Shown here: positions 48,021-61,017 of the stretch, piece by piece
Layout of the letters: the number at the start of each line of letters is the position of its first letter
Position numbering within the stretch: the stretch's first letter is position 1
Origin: Malacoraja senta
Lineage: Eukaryota
Direction of reading: 5' to 3'
DNA: 64,000 nucleotides
NCBI GenBank assembly: GCA_038087875.1
Contig: CM075988.1
Span: forward strand, 806,001 to 870,000
Notes under the pieces: generated by a model
What the model saw: only the letters and a program-made list of their open reading frames with translations
Told to the model about the DNA's origin: nothing
Databases searched by the model: none
Position numbers and translations under genes: made by a program

Positions 48021-48312
48021 AAAACTCTCTAAAACTCTAATCTTGTTTTGTACCTATATTTGCGCAATAACGGTACACGATGGTGAGACCAATTTCAGGC
48101 TCACATTACTCACCATTGTCCTGGCATGTGCAGTATCAATTTCCGTTCAGATTGATGTTATATTTTACGTTATTGACGTTTAAAACAGCGCACCCACTTG
48201 CTGTCTTTACTTGACTGGTGTCACACAGGGCACGCAAAGGGTTCTCAGCCGCACCAGCGCAGTTTGATGGAATATTGCGTTGGGGGAACGGCACCCAATG
48301 CTTGGTTTATTT
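48010..48312 (+). mobile_element. Short non-autonomous Helitron-like element
   Basis: ctaaaactctaatcttg 5' motif and ggaatattgcgttggg 3' motif shared with the Helitrons at 10701 and 54664. Confidence 0.6.
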
Positions 48313-48829
48313 CAAAACCCAAGGTAGAGAACTGAACCATAACAAATACCTAGCATTATGAAACCTACAACCTGGTGTTCTGAGCAAAGTGGATGAACAA
48401 GACACATTAATGTGTATCTCCCAAAATTCTCCAGTTTCTGGAAAGGACCAGGTAGATTGGAAGGAACCAAATAACACTGCTTTTAAAGCAAGGGAGGGGG
48501 GAGGGGGAGAGAAAATATTTGTCTACAGACCAGTTGAGGAGATGAGGAAGAATTTCAGTAGTCAGAGGGTGGTGAATCTTTGCAATTCATTGCCACAGAA
48601 GGCGGTGGAGGCCAAGTCAATGGATATTTTGAATGCGGATAAAATATCCATTGAGGAGTGGGTGTAGAAGGGTCCAGTCTTTGCAGACTGGAGAGGGAGG
48701 AGTTTGTGAGTGAGGCTCCCCATTCACCACCACATATACTTAAAGCAAGACTCCAGTCTGAAAAGACTGCACCCCTTTCGCACAGACCCCTCTCCAATCA
48801 CCACTTCACACCCAATTACCCACACCCTC

Positions 48830-50073
48830 CATGCTGCACAACATCACTTCTCCATCATCAACAATAAAAATAGAGGTGGAGAGGCTTTTCAGAAGACAGA
48901 AAAGCTGAAAATCTCCAGGACAATGTCCCCCCTCTACTCTCAAGCTCCGTGCTAACAAATGGCATTGGTCTTCACAGACAGTTTCAACCAGTCCCTGCAA
49001 ACCTATACTGTCCCTGCCTGCTTCAAAGTCTCCCCTATTGTTCCTGTATCCAAAAACGTAAGGATTACAGGTCTTAATGACTACAGGCCTGTCGCACTGA
49101 CCACTGTAGTCATGAAGACCCTTGAAAGGCTTGTGCTGGCCAAGCTGAAAAATATCACAAGGTGGACTCTCTGCAGTTTGCAAATCGGGCCAATAGATCT
49201 GTGAATGACACAGTCAACCTGGGCCTGCATTTCATCCTCCAGCACCTAGACCGCCAGGGAACCTATGCCTACAGACAGGAAGTGTCACAGCTAGCGTCTT
49301 GGTGCCATGCAACAACCTGGAACTCAATGCTCTTAAGACAGTGGAATTGATTGTAGACTTTAGGAGAGCTCCCCCTCCCCTCACCCCACTCACCATCAAC
49401 ATACCACAGTCACATATTTTAAGTTCCTGGGAACCACCATCTCCAAGGACCTTAAATGGGGGGCTACCATTGACTCCACAGTCAAAAAGTCACAACAGAG
49501 GTTGTACTTCCTGCGGCAGCTGAGGAAGCACAATCTACCACAGGCAATGATGGTCCAATTCTACACGGCCATCGTAGCGTCTGTCCTCACCTTCTCCATC
49601 GTGGTCTGGTTTGGCTCAGCCACCAAGCACGACATCCGGAGGCTGCAGCGAATCGTCCGATCAGCTGAGGTTATTGGCTGCAACCTTCCCTCCATTGACG
49701 AACTGTACACTGCAAGGGCCAGGAAGTGAGCGGGTAAGATCATCTCTGACCCCTCTCACCCTGGCCACAAACTCTTTGAATCACTTCCCTCTGGAAGGTG
49801 ACTCTGGACTGTCAAAGTTGCCACAGCCAGACATAAAAAGTTTTTCTCCACGAGTAGTGGCTCTACTCAATAACCCAAAATCTGTCGCCTCCTTTTGCTC
49901 TGGTATTTTATTTAATTCACATGTTTAATCAATAATGTTTTATTATTAATGTTTTATGTATCATTCTTAACTGTCACTGGGTGTCATGTTGTCACTTGCG
50001 GGCTGAGCAACAAGGCAAATTCCTTGTATGTGAATACTTGGCCAATAAACATATTCATTCATTCATTCATTCA
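48830..50073 (+). mobile_element. Rex1/Babar-type LINE with internal RT deletion and (TTCA)n tail
   Basis: [21 protein letters not shown] and YFLRQLRK peptides. AATAAA and tail. Confidence 0.9.
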
Positions 50074-51319
50074 TTGAGGAAACCAGTTGTGAATCCATAT
50101 GACCAAGTCATTGTGGATCTTGTGCATCTTAATCTACATAGTCTACTATGGGGAACTACAAAAAACCCTGTACACCACATCCACTGCCTTTCCCTTTTCA
50201 ATCACCTTTGTCATCTCCTCAAAAATTTCAATCAAGTTTGTAAGACATCAAGTCCGGAACAAAGCATCGGTGGAGTGGACTGCTGGAGGCCCTGCCGCTT
50301 ACAAAACTGTGATGACTGTTCATAGTTAGCTCATTCCCATCCTGAAGTGACAATAGGGATTAGAGTCCAGTTAAAGGAACCCCCAGACAAAACTGCAGCT
50401 GCTCACGCATGTGAACTACTGGTAAACACAGCTAAATACATTGGTGCATTCTCATTGGCTGAGCAACAGGTGTCAGTCCGATGCGAGCAGCTTGCATCTT
50501 TGGGCACTTTGGGCATTTCACTGTTTTCGCATTGTCTTATTTCCTGTTTTACACTCTACTCAGCTCTGACTTCACTTTAGGTCAATGCTGGCAATTTGCA
50601 AATCATTTAATTATTCTGTTCCGTGTGTACTGAGTGTGTACGAGCCATTTATGTTTAGGCTAGCTACTGAGCGCATATTATATTATTTTGTCTAGATATT
50701 TCTAATGGTATTATTTTGAACACTTGGGGGCGGGCATTTGATGCATAGAAGAGCATTTCATATATCATATTGGACAGTGTGACCAGATCAGACCAGGCAC
50801 AGAAGGTGGAGAAAACACAGTTCTAACCAAAGCGAGAGAACAGAAAGCTCTGACTGGGATGAGAATAAGGAGGACCTGGTATGTTCATCTCTTTGTTTGT
50901 ACAACTACTTCAATAAAGAATCAATCAAGCCAGAAATAATGACTAGATCTGTTTTTTTTAATCTGCTTAAGATCACACTTACTACCTGTGTAGTAATGGC
51001 AACAGAAAGTAGGACATTGGAAAAGTTAGAAATTGCCATTACAGAGTGTGTTGTGAAATGCTGATCATATGGCAAAAGCACGATTCTCCTGCCCCCAAAT
51101 GACATTGGATGGACTGTAGCAACACTTAACAGATATGTTGCTAAATTCTCAATGGCCAAGCAACATCACAGTTCTCATTGCCCTGGTAGCATACCACACT
51201 CACCAGCTAAGTGCCAATGGACTTACTTCACTCTGATTGCCCCAATGATCGTAAACAAGATGTGGTGTTAGCAGGATTCTGCATTGTTATGAAAAGTTGG
51301 TCAAACATTACGCTAAAAA

Positions 51320-51510
51320 CAATGTGTTAAAGGAACTGAGTGGGTCAGGCAGCATCTGAGGAGGGAATGGACAGATGACATTTCTGGTCAGGAACCTTCA
51401 TCAATCTGAACGATCCCATCCCAAAACACCGTCTGTCCCTTACCTACTGTGAGGCTGCCTGACCCTCTGAGTTCCTCAAGCAATTTGTGTTTTGCTCAAG
51501 ATTCCAACAT
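51320..51510. mobile_element. Degenerate inverted Penelope-like pLTR pair
   Basis: aggaactgagtgggtcaggcagc ... gctgcctgaccctctgagttcct inverted arms. Confidence 0.65.
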
Positions 51511-51544
51511 CTGTGTGAGACAATTATTAAGCAGGCAAATAACA

Positions 51545-51727
51545 ACTTTATTTTGGGGATTTTATTCGTAGTTTCTCCCATCTTCAAACAAAGTACATTA
51601 TAACAAAACAGCACTGAGAAGTTATACTGAATGAGATCCAGTGTAACCTCAAGCCCCAAAGCTCCTTGCACCCAGCAGGTTATTCACAATCACACATTTC
51701 CATCAGAGCTCAATTTTTGTCATTAAC
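51545..51727 (-). other. Possible terminal exon of an unidentified upstream gene
   Basis: Acceptor-like ttttcaatttctgtaaatttgttacaacag|, short frame (x)LMTKIEL*, tandem AATAAA at 51566-51561 and 51552-51547. Pattern only. Confidence 0.25.
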
Positions 51728-51819
51728 CTGTTGTAACAAATTTACAGAAATTGAAAATACAAAAAAGTGTTAGGAATCTGAAATAAAAGAGAAAATGCTG
51801 GAAACACTTAGTGACTGTG

Positions 51820-53545
51820 AGTTCAGTTCAGTTCAGTTTTATTTGTCATATGTAGGTTAACACAGGGTCGACGGTACAAAATAAATAAAAGAATCAACAT
51901 ATATGATGTGTTTATGAGTTCAGAAGCCTGATGGCATGATGATAAAAACTGTTCTTAAGTCTGGTGGTACGTACAGCCATGCTCCTGTATCGTCTGGGCG
52001 GCGCGACTCTCGTTTGCAGCGGCCTCTGCAGTCCGTCTGTCTTTTTATTATTTTTGTCTCGTTTTTATGTAGTTTTTTTTTTTTTTTTTGTACGGGTATG
52101 TGTGTGGGGGGGGGGGGACTTTAAAATCTTTCCCCTGCACGGGAGACCCGACCTTTTCTTTGTCGGGTCTATGTTGTCGTTGGGGCTGGGCAACATGGAG
52201 CGGCCTCCAGCAGGAACGACCTGGGGCTCCAGTTGCGGAGCTGCGGACTACTCACCGTCACGGGGCTGGCCGAGTCCGGAGTGGGTGGAGCTGTGGTGGA
52301 GACAATCGCTGCGACCCGACCCCCGGAGATTCGGAGGCTACAACCGCGGGTCTGGCGGACGGCAACACCGGAAGCCCGCGGGTCCCCTGGTGGGAGACCG
52401 CTTTTCGGGGCTTCCGCAGCGGCGACTTCTCCCGCCCGAGTTGCGGGGTTGAAGAGCACCTGGAGCGGGGCTTTACATCATCGCCCCGCGCGGCTTGGAG
52501 TGACCGCGGGACTTTGCGAGCGCGCGCCGGGGCTCTAACACGAAGACCCAGTGCGCGACCTTGCATCACCCGGCGTGGCTTTAATGGCCGCGGGACAATC
52601 ACCATCGCCCGCCGGGGGCTTTGACTTTGACTCTGACATCGGGGGGGGGGGGGGGAGTGCAGTGGAGAGATAGGTTTTTTTTGCCTTCCATCACAGCGCT
52701 GTCATGGATGTATGTGTAAATTGTGTTGTGTCTCGGGTCTTCTTCGTTTTGTAATGTAAGGCTGCAGAAACGACATTTCGTTTGGACCTCAAGGGGTCCA
52801 AATGACAAATTTGTCCAAAAAGACAAATAAATTGCATTGTATTGTATTGTCTGCCTGATGGTAACAAGGAGAACAGTCTACGTGCTGGGTGGCTGTGGTC
52901 CATGATGATGCTGTGTGCCTTCCGCAGGCACCGCCTGTGGAAAATGTCCTGAATGGCCGGGAGACAGTTGCCAGTGATGTGCTGTGTCGCCTTCACCACT
53001 GTAGTGATTTGCGGCTGTGAGCAGAACAGTTTCCGTACCAGACTGTGATGCAGCCCGTCAACAGGCTCTCGATGGTGCAACTGTAGACGTTTGTGAGGAT
53101 GCTGGCGTTCATGCCAAACTTCCTCAGTCTTCTCAGGAAAAAGAGCCGCTGGCGGGCTTTCTTAGTTATTGTGTCCGTGTGCAGTGTCCAGGAGAGGTCC
53201 TCAGTGATGTGCACACCGCGGAACTTGAAGCTGCTGACCCTTTCAACCTCAGCATCACCGATGTGGATGGGCAGGTGTCCACTCCCCTGCTGTCTCCTGT
53301 AGTCCACGATCATCTCTTTAGTTTTGCTGACATTGAGAGAGGTTATTTTCCTGGCACCAGCTGTTTAGTGCCTTTACCTCCTCCCTATAGGCCGTCTCAT
53401 TATTGTCTCTGTTCAGCCCCAGGATGGTTGTGTCGTCAGCAAACTTTAAGATGATGTTGGAGCTGTGCTTAGCAATACAGTCGTGCGTGAACATGGAGTA
53501 CAGGCGAGGACTGAGCACACAGCCCTGTGGTGCGCCTGTGTTGAG
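51820..53545 (-). mobile_element. Rex1/Babar-type LINE (RT to 3' end), interrupted at 51997-52842
   Basis: ORFs 53318-53518 (KFADDTT), 52993-53313 (ARQRLFFLRRL) and 52691-53080. (CTGAA)n tail. Confidence 0.9.
51997..52842 (+). mobile_element. CpG-rich non-autonomous retroposon with (ATTGT)n tail
   Basis: TSD tgtatcgtctg / tgtattgtctg (51986-51996, 52843-52853). No credible ORF. Confidence 0.75.
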
Positions 53546-54547
53546 GAAATGGAGTTAATATTTTGGGTCAAAGATAATTCATCAGAATAATGGACATTAT
53601 TCCATTAATGAGCCAGGTAACCAATCAGTAGATTGTTCAGATGGGGAAGGAAACAAGAGCATCTGGAGGTAACCGACTGGCATCTGGATAGTGGGAAAAT
53701 GTCTGCATATACTACACCCAAGCGGAAACTGTAGGCACTATATCACTCTTTAGAAAAAAATTTAGGGAGTGTGACAGGACAGATGAAGAGTGGATTTTTC
53801 CACAGGTTGAGCAGTAACAACTAGAAGTCACTAGCTCAAAGTATGGGAGCATCTACTGAGGAACGAGGCAAGAGACTTCTTCGCCCAGAGGTAGTGAATT
53901 TTTGGAATTTCCCAACCAAGAGGACTGCAGAGACTCCAACTTTGAATATATCCTAGATGGAGATCAATAGATTTCTAGATATTGGGAATCATAAGAAACA
54001 ATGTGTTAATGCAAGAACGTGGCATTGAGGCAGTCTTGATGTTGTTGAACAGCAGAGCAGAGCAGGAAATGAAGACAAAAAGTATGAAATAGGGAGTCAA
54101 GATGGTAGCAGCAACGAATGTGGGGAACCAAAGGTGCCAGTAAGCGGATTAGGGTCTTACCCTCCACACCCTGAAAAACGCTCCGGATGCTGCGAGGTCA
54201 GCTGCGGGTGGCGCCCTGGGGGCACGAAAACTGAACGGTGGTCAGGTGAAGCGATGGACAACAGTTGAGGATCAAGGCATCGGTGGAGTGGTCCGTTGGA
54301 GGCTCTGCAGCAGCCTGGGGCTCGATTGGATCAGGTGCCGCTCCAAGTGGCCAAGAGCGCGGATCGGACGCAGACTTCAGCGGCACAGCGCGGTGGAGGA
54401 CACCAACAACTGAACAATGGGCCTTTATGCCAAGTTAAGAACTCTACATTTATAGCAGGTTAAATTTGAATCATGAAAAATGGCACCTAAACATCGCAAC
54501 TCTTGTATGCTATCTCAATGTACTGTCCTACACTTAAGATTGTGCTT

Positions 54548-54660
54548 ATCTATCTATCTATCCATCCATCCATCCATCCATCCATCCATCCATCCATCCA
54601 TCCATCCATCCATCCATCCATCCATCCATCCATCCATCCATCCATCCATCCATCTTCCAT
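54548..54660. repeat. (TCTA)n(TCCA)n microsatellite
   Basis: Directly visible. Confidence 0.97.
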
Positions 54661-54663
54661 TCT

Positions 54664-57600
54664 TCTATACATAACTAAAACTCTCATCTTGACCTCTTCC
54701 AGTTTGTGTTGTTTTCATATTTGTGCAGAAATGGTACCTGATAGAGCTACGATTTTCGGCACTTAACTCGACATTCTCCTGCACTGCAAGTGCACTAACT
54801 TTTGTTCCGATAGGTGTAATATTACAAAAGTTATTAAGGTTTAAAAATCATAAAACACCGAGCATGCGCAGATTGGTCTTCTCTCCTGTCAATCAACCGG
54901 CGACAAGGAGAATAAAGCTGAATGGAGCGGAGTGAGCTGAGTGTAGAGAGTGATTGGGGGCTGCATCTGCGTCGATGACCACCACGAGCCGGGAGCCGCT
55001 GAGTGAGGCCGGGGTCTGCTGAATGGGGCCGGGGCCCAGAGCCGCTGAGTGAGGTGGAGCCGGGAGCCGTGAGTGCGGCCGCATGCCGTGAGCGCGACCG
55101 GGAGTCGTTGAGTGCAGCCAGGAGGCGCTGCGTGTGGCTGGAGCCGGGAGCCGCTGTGAGGACGGGGATGCGGCCGGGATCCGCTGAGTGAGGCTGGGGC
55201 CGGGAGCCGTTGAGTGAGACCGGGGCCTGGGCCGGGTGCCGCTGAGTGAGGCTGGAGCCGGAAGCCGCTGAGTGAGGCTCGAGCCGAACCCGGGAGCCGC
55301 AGCATGAGGCTGGGTCCGGGAGCTGTCCCCATCCCAAGCTGCAGGATGCTCCCCACCGGTCCCCGCCTGAAGCCGTCCCCGTTCCCAGCTGCAGTCCATT
55401 CGGCCAACAACACCCGTCCTAGCCCAAGAAAAGTAAATTCGGCCCACAATGCCTGTACTAGCCTTCAGGACACCAGTCCCAACCGCCCACAACTGTACTA
55501 GCCCAAGTAAAGTCCATTCGGCCCAATATCCATACCAACCCTCCGGAAACCAGTCTCTTCGGCACACGTACTATCCCTCCAGAAAGCCCCCACCGCGCCA
55601 GCCACTGCCAGGAACCCTCCCCCCACCCATATAACCATATAACCGTTACAGCACGGAAACAGGCCATGTCGGCACTTCAAGTCTGTGCCAAACACTTTTT
55701 TTTTTCCCCTCTACTTTCTTCCCCCTAGTCCCATCTACCTGCACTCAGACCATAACCCTCCATTCCTTTCCCGTCCATATACCCATCCAATCTATTTTTA
55801 AAGTATAAAATCGAACCTGCCTCCACCACTTCTACTGGAAGCTCATTCCACACAGCTACCACTCTCTGAGTAAAGAAGTTCCCCCTAATGTTACCCCTAA
55901 ACTTCTGTCCCTTAATTCTCAAGTCATGTCCCCTTGTTTGAATCTTCCCTACTCTCAATGGGAAAAGCTTATCCACGTCAACTCTGTGTAACCCGCTCAT
56001 CATTTTAAAGACCTCTATCAAGTCCCCCCTTAACCTTCTGCGCTCCAAAGAATAAAGACCTAACTTGTTCAACCTTTCTCTGTAACTTAGTTGCTGAAAC
56101 CCAGGCAACATTCTAGTAAATCTCCTCTGTACTCTCTCTATTTTGTTGACATCCTTCCTATAATTAGGCGACCAAAATTGTACTCCATACTCCAGAATTG
56201 GCCTCACCAATGCCTTGTACAATTTTAACATTACATCCCAACTTCTATATTCAATGCTCTGATTTATAAAGGCCAGCACACCAAAAGCTTTCTTTACCAC
56301 CCTATCTACATGAGATTCCACCTTCAGGGAACTATGCACAGTTATTCCTAGATCCCTCTGTTCAACTGCATTCCTCAATTCGCTACCATTTACCGTGTAC
56401 GTCCTATTTTGATTTGTCCTGCCGAGATGTAGCACCTCACATTTGTCAGCATTAAACTCCATCTGCCATCTTTCAGCCCACTCTTGCAAATGGCCTAAAT
56501 CTCTCTGTAGACTTTGAAAATCTACTCCCTCGGGACCCCGCCTGAAGCCGTCCCCCTCCCCCTCCCCCGGCTACAGGACGCACCCCCCGCATTTGAAGCC
56601 GTCCCCGACCAAGTTGCAGGATGACCCTCACCGGTCCCCACCTGAAGCCGGTGAGGTACGGCAGCGGCAGGCCACGGCAGTGGCAGGGGTAGACCATGGC
56701 AGCGGCAGGCAGGGGTAGGCTGCGGCAGGGGTAGGCCACGGCAACACTCCCCCCCTTCAGCCGCCGATAGGCCCCGTCTGAAGCCGTCCCCACCCCCGGC
56801 TACAGACACGCTCCCCCTCCCAAAGATCCTATGCTCCCCCTGCCTGAAGCCGTCCCCCTCCCTCGGCTGCAGGATGCTTCCCCTTCTACTGGTCCACGAC
56901 AGTCCCTGCAAGAACCCCCCCCGGCTGCAAGACGCTCCCCCACCCCCAGCACCCAACAGACCCTTCCTTCAGCCGTCACCCTCCCCCAGCTGCAGGACGT
57001 CCCCCCCGCACCGGCCCCTGCCTGAAGCTGTCCCCGTCCCCAGCTGCAGGACGTTCCCCCCCACTCACCCCCGCCTGAAGTCGTCCCCATTCCAGCTGCA
57101 GGATGCTCCCCACCGGTTCCCGCCTGAAGCCAGTAAGGAGTGGAAGTGGTAGGCCACAGTAGCAACAGGCCACAGCCACGGCAGCGGTAGGCCATGGCAA
57201 CGGCAGCGGTATTCCACGACAGCGATCGACAGCGACAGGCCACGGCAGCGGTAACCCACGACAGCGATAGGCCACAGCAGCAGTAGGCAGCAGCAGCAGT
57301 AGGCCATGACAGCGATAGGCCACGGCAGCACTCACCCCCTCCCCGACAGGCCCCTCCTGAAGCCCTCCCCCTCCCCCGGCTGCAGGACCCTTGCCCCTCC
57401 CCCACCGGCCCCCCATCCCCTGGCTGCAGGACGCTTCCCCTTCCAGCCCCCGATAGCCCCCGCCTGAAGCCGGCTGCAGAATGCAACAAGAAAGAATGGA
57501 CTGAATAAATCTCATCTTTAACGTTTAAATTGTTGTTATATTTTACGAATTATTCACATTTTAAGCTTTAATAAATCCCTTTTCCACTTGTCGTGCCCGT

Positions 57601-57847
57601 GAGCTGCGCCTGCTGGGGATGGATGGGGGGAGGTTGAGGGGGGATGGAGTGAGTGCCTGGAGGGGGGGGAGGGCAAGGGGCGGAGTGGGGGATGGGTGAG
57701 GGGAGGAGGGGAGATCTGGGGTATCACAACGGGAACCTGTCAGCCGTGACTGCGCAGTTGGGGGCTATGCAGGAATGGTGGAATATTGCGTTGGGGAACC
57801 AGGCCTCCCGTGTGACAACGGTACCCAGAGGCTCCCTCTCAGTTTAG
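54664..57847 (+). mobile_element. Non-autonomous Helitron with GC-rich internal minisatellites and a nested CR1
   Basis: 5' TCtatacataactaaaactctcatcttgacc. 3' ggaatattgcgttggg, a degenerate hairpin and ...cagtTTAG|t, homologous to the 10701-12702 element. Tandem arrays at about 54987-55320 and 56525-57480. Confidence 0.75.
55630..56524 (-). mobile_element. Young CR1 3' portion
   Basis: Uninterrupted 254 aa ORF 55725-56489 and a (TTATATGG)n tail. Confidence 0.95.
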
Positions 57848-58196
57848 TGTATAATACTACTTTTACTGAACTGTATGCAAAAAAGGACTGCATCGTGGCA
57901 CATGTCACAATAAAGTATCATTGAACCATTGAGAAATGCAAATTGTGAAGCCGGAAGCAATATAGGTAGAATGGGAGGGGGCAGGGGGAACAACATTGCA
58001 AATCCATGTGGGGCATAGGGAAGAAAGGAGGAGGCAAAATAAAAAGATGGAGTCCTTCCCTCTGAACCCAGGTCGTATCAGCTTCAAAGTCATCTTGTTG
58101 AGTCTCATTGTAACTCATTTTCACCTAACACAGAGCTAACAATGGCATGTTTCCTTTATCCTCATTACTATTTTTGCATATCTTGCATTCATCTAT

Positions 58197-58660
58197 CCAT
58201 CTATATCTATATACTCTAAAAAGTCTGGTCTTGTTTGTCTGTCTGTCTGTGAGCTCAAGGAACTATTGCCAAAATGGTACACAATAGTGCAAAAGAATTT
58301 GCAGAATCTTATTCAGCTTTTAACCCTTGGTCGTTCGTATCAAGTTTCTTCACATTTGATTTATATTTTACAAGAAATTTTACATTTTTACACTTAAATA
58401 CTCAAGATTTGGAAATAAAGAGAGGTCCTACGCCAAAACAGTACACGTTAGCGCATAAATTTGTGCATCACCTTACGCACCATTCTCCCGTTGTCGTTCC
58501 TGTCAAGTTTCATTTAGATTTGATGTTATATTTCACAAGTTATTGAAATTTAAATATTTAAAAAAGCCAAATTCTCAGAATGACTGTTACTGTGTTATGA
58601 GATGTTTCTGACAGCTGCAATGCAATGACCAGAGGGAGAAGGGGGAAGGGCTAGGCCAAG
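58197..58660 (+). mobile_element. Helitron-like 5' fragment
   Basis: tctatatactctaaaaagtctggtcttg and aaaatggtacacaatag resemble the other Helitron 5' ends. Confidence 0.5.
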
Positions 58661-58666
58661 ATACAT

Positions 58667-58699
<33 letters not shown>

Positions 58700-58711
58700 C
58701 AGAGATAGAGA

Positions 58712-59240
58712 TAGACAATAGACAATAGGTGCAGTAGGCCATTTGGCCCTTCAATGTGATCATGGCTGTTCATCCCCAATCAGTACCCAGTTCCTGCCTT
58801 CTCCCCATATCCCCTGACCGCTATTTTTAAGAGCCCTCTCTCTTGAAAGCATCCAGAGAACCTGCCTTCACCGTCCTCTGAGGCAGAGAATTCCTCGTCT
58901 CCGTTCTAAATGGCTTACTCCTTATTCTTAAACTGTGGCCCCTGGTTCTGGACTCCCCCAACATCGGGAACATGTTTCCTGCCTCTAGCGTGTCCAAGCC
59001 CTTAACAATCTTATATGTTTCAATGAGATCTCCTCTCATCCTTCTAAACTCCAGAGTGTACAAGCCCAGCTGGTCCATTCTCTCAGCATATGACAGTCCC
59101 GCCATCCCGGGAATTAACCTTGTAAACCTACGCTGCACTCCCTCGATAGCAAGAATGTTCTTCCTCAAATTAGGGGAACAAAACTGCACACAATACTCCA
59201 GGTGTGGTCTCACTAGGGCTCTGTACAACTGCAGAAGGAT
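58712..59240 (-). mobile_element. CR1 3' portion next to an (AG)n microsatellite
   Basis: ORF 58827-59228. Confidence 0.9.
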
Positions 59241-59628
59241 GTCTTCCCTCTTCTCCTCCCTTCTTCCATTACCTCGTCATCCCTCTTCCTACCCCTATCC
59301 TCTCCCATTCCCCCTCATCCCCGAGCACTCTCTCCCCCTCCTCTTCACCGTCCCTCTTCTTTCCCCTCTCCTCCTCCTCTATATAGATGTTCTTATCTCG
59401 TGTGACCCTTCATCCTAATCACTGGTACAGATTGTGAACAGCACGGGTCACAGCAACATCGCTATAGCACCTAACCGACAAATGGCAGAGTTACTGCTGT
59501 TCTGTTTTCTATCTGTTAACCAAGCCTCAATTCACATTGGTACATTGCCCCAATAATGATGGTTTATTAATCGTTGGAACAATATGTGGCACCTTTTGAT
59601 AATTGTAAAAGCCCACATCCTCTGATCC

Positions 59629-60721
59629 CAGTGTTTTCACTTTGAAGGAAATTACCCGAAATTCGGAAAATTCTGGTTGTCCAGGTAATTTTAGGGAAAT
59701 TAAATAATTTCTGGAAATTTCCGCATCTGGCCCTCAAGATGATTTAGGGGGAAAAAAAAGTATGTCTATGACCATCCACGCCTGCGCGGTTGAGGGAGGC
59801 CTGTCAGCCGTGTCACAGTTGAAAATGGCGGCGCTGACGTGGTAGGGACGCAAAATGACGGTCTCCCCACGCATACGCAGTGGGCCCGGGCGGGGTGAGA
59901 TCACAAGTTTCACTACATTGCCTCACGTCTGGGTGAGTGGGGCCGTGGAATATTGCATTGGGGGAGAGGGAGTCGGACGTGCTTGTTTTATATCAGGGGT
60001 GTCAATCTTCCCGCGAAGGTGTCCAATCCGGCCCGCGGGATGATTTGGGAAAAAAAAGTAGTGCCTGCTTCTCCAGGCCAGTGTCTGCCCGCCCGGCTCC
60101 ATCACAGCCTCCCCACCGGTCAGCCTGGCGTCCATGGAGTGGGTCTGCTGCCGACGGTCTGGGGAGACCATTCTCCCACTGCCGGGCTGGAGCGGGAACG
60201 ACTGTCTCTGAACCCAGTCCTGGCAGCGCCCATGACCCCGATACCAGGCCGGACCCCCACCTCCCCCATCGCGGGCCCTCTGACGCTGCGAGGGAGGGAG
60301 GGAGAGAGAGAAGGGGAGGGGGGAAGGAGAGAGAGAGAGGGAGGAGGGAGGGAGAGAGAGGGAGTGATAGAGGGGAGAAAGAGAGGGGGAGGGGGAGGGG
60401 GAGGGGAGGGGAGAGGGGGGGAGAGAGAGAGGGGGAGAGAGAGGAGGATAGTGAGGGGGAGGGAGACAGAGAGGGGGAGAGGAGAGAGAGATGGGGAGGG
60501 AGATAGAGGTACAAGTGAGTAACAGAAGCAGGCAGATGCGATGTAGTAACATAGATCTGTTTTACCTTGTTCTTCTTTGTGTTGTTAACGTGTGCCCGCA
60601 AAAGAAAAACAACAAATTGCATGCAGGATGCATTTTTGAAAATTTCCGGAAATACCATTAAATTCCAGGAAATTTGGGATTCTATTTCAGGACAAAAAAA
60701 TATTGAGGTGTGAAAGCACTG
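59629..60721. mobile_element. Composite non-autonomous hAT element (1093 bp)
   Basis: TIRs CAGTGTTTTCAC / GTGAAAGCACTG. Perfect 8 bp TSD TCTGATCC (59621-59628, 60722-60729). Subterminal ggaaattt repeats. Confidence 0.9.
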
Positions 60722-61017
60722 TCTGATCCATCAGTAACCATTATGTTGGTTATATCCTCAAATTTCAAGCAGATTTATCAAATGTGTTTTTCCTCTCACA
60801 AATCAATGTTGACTGCACTATATAGCAAATTGTATTAAAGTCAAGAATCTCTTACAATGTTTTCATTACTTGCTAGTTGACTCTCATTCTATTTCTCCAA
60901 AGCTTTAATCATCCTTTGTAAAAAACAAAATGCTGCAGGAAATCAACGTTGTGGATGTGGATGGAATGCATTTGTGGATGGAATGGACAGACAATGTTTT
61001 GATTTCAGATTTAATAA

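Noticed and set aside
46144..48183. 500-680 aa ORFs on both strands
   Set aside because: Translations of the CT-rich simple repeat, open in several frames only because stop codons are absent.
51195..51285. Strong minus-strand donor motifs (GTGAGT, GTAAGT)
   Set aside because: No good upstream acceptor and no recognisable peptide.
54987..55320. CRISPR-like repeat spacing (also 12160-12365)
   Set aside because: Degenerate tandem units without unique spacers, no cas genes, vertebrate context.
54834..57515. GC-rich 140-230 aa ORFs
   Set aside because: Minisatellite arrays inside a Helitron; open in multiple frames with no recognisable domain.
59815..59850. YY1-like AAAATGGCGGC as a host promoter
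   Set aside because: Lies inside the TSD-bounded hAT element, so it is TE cargo rather than evidence of a gene start.
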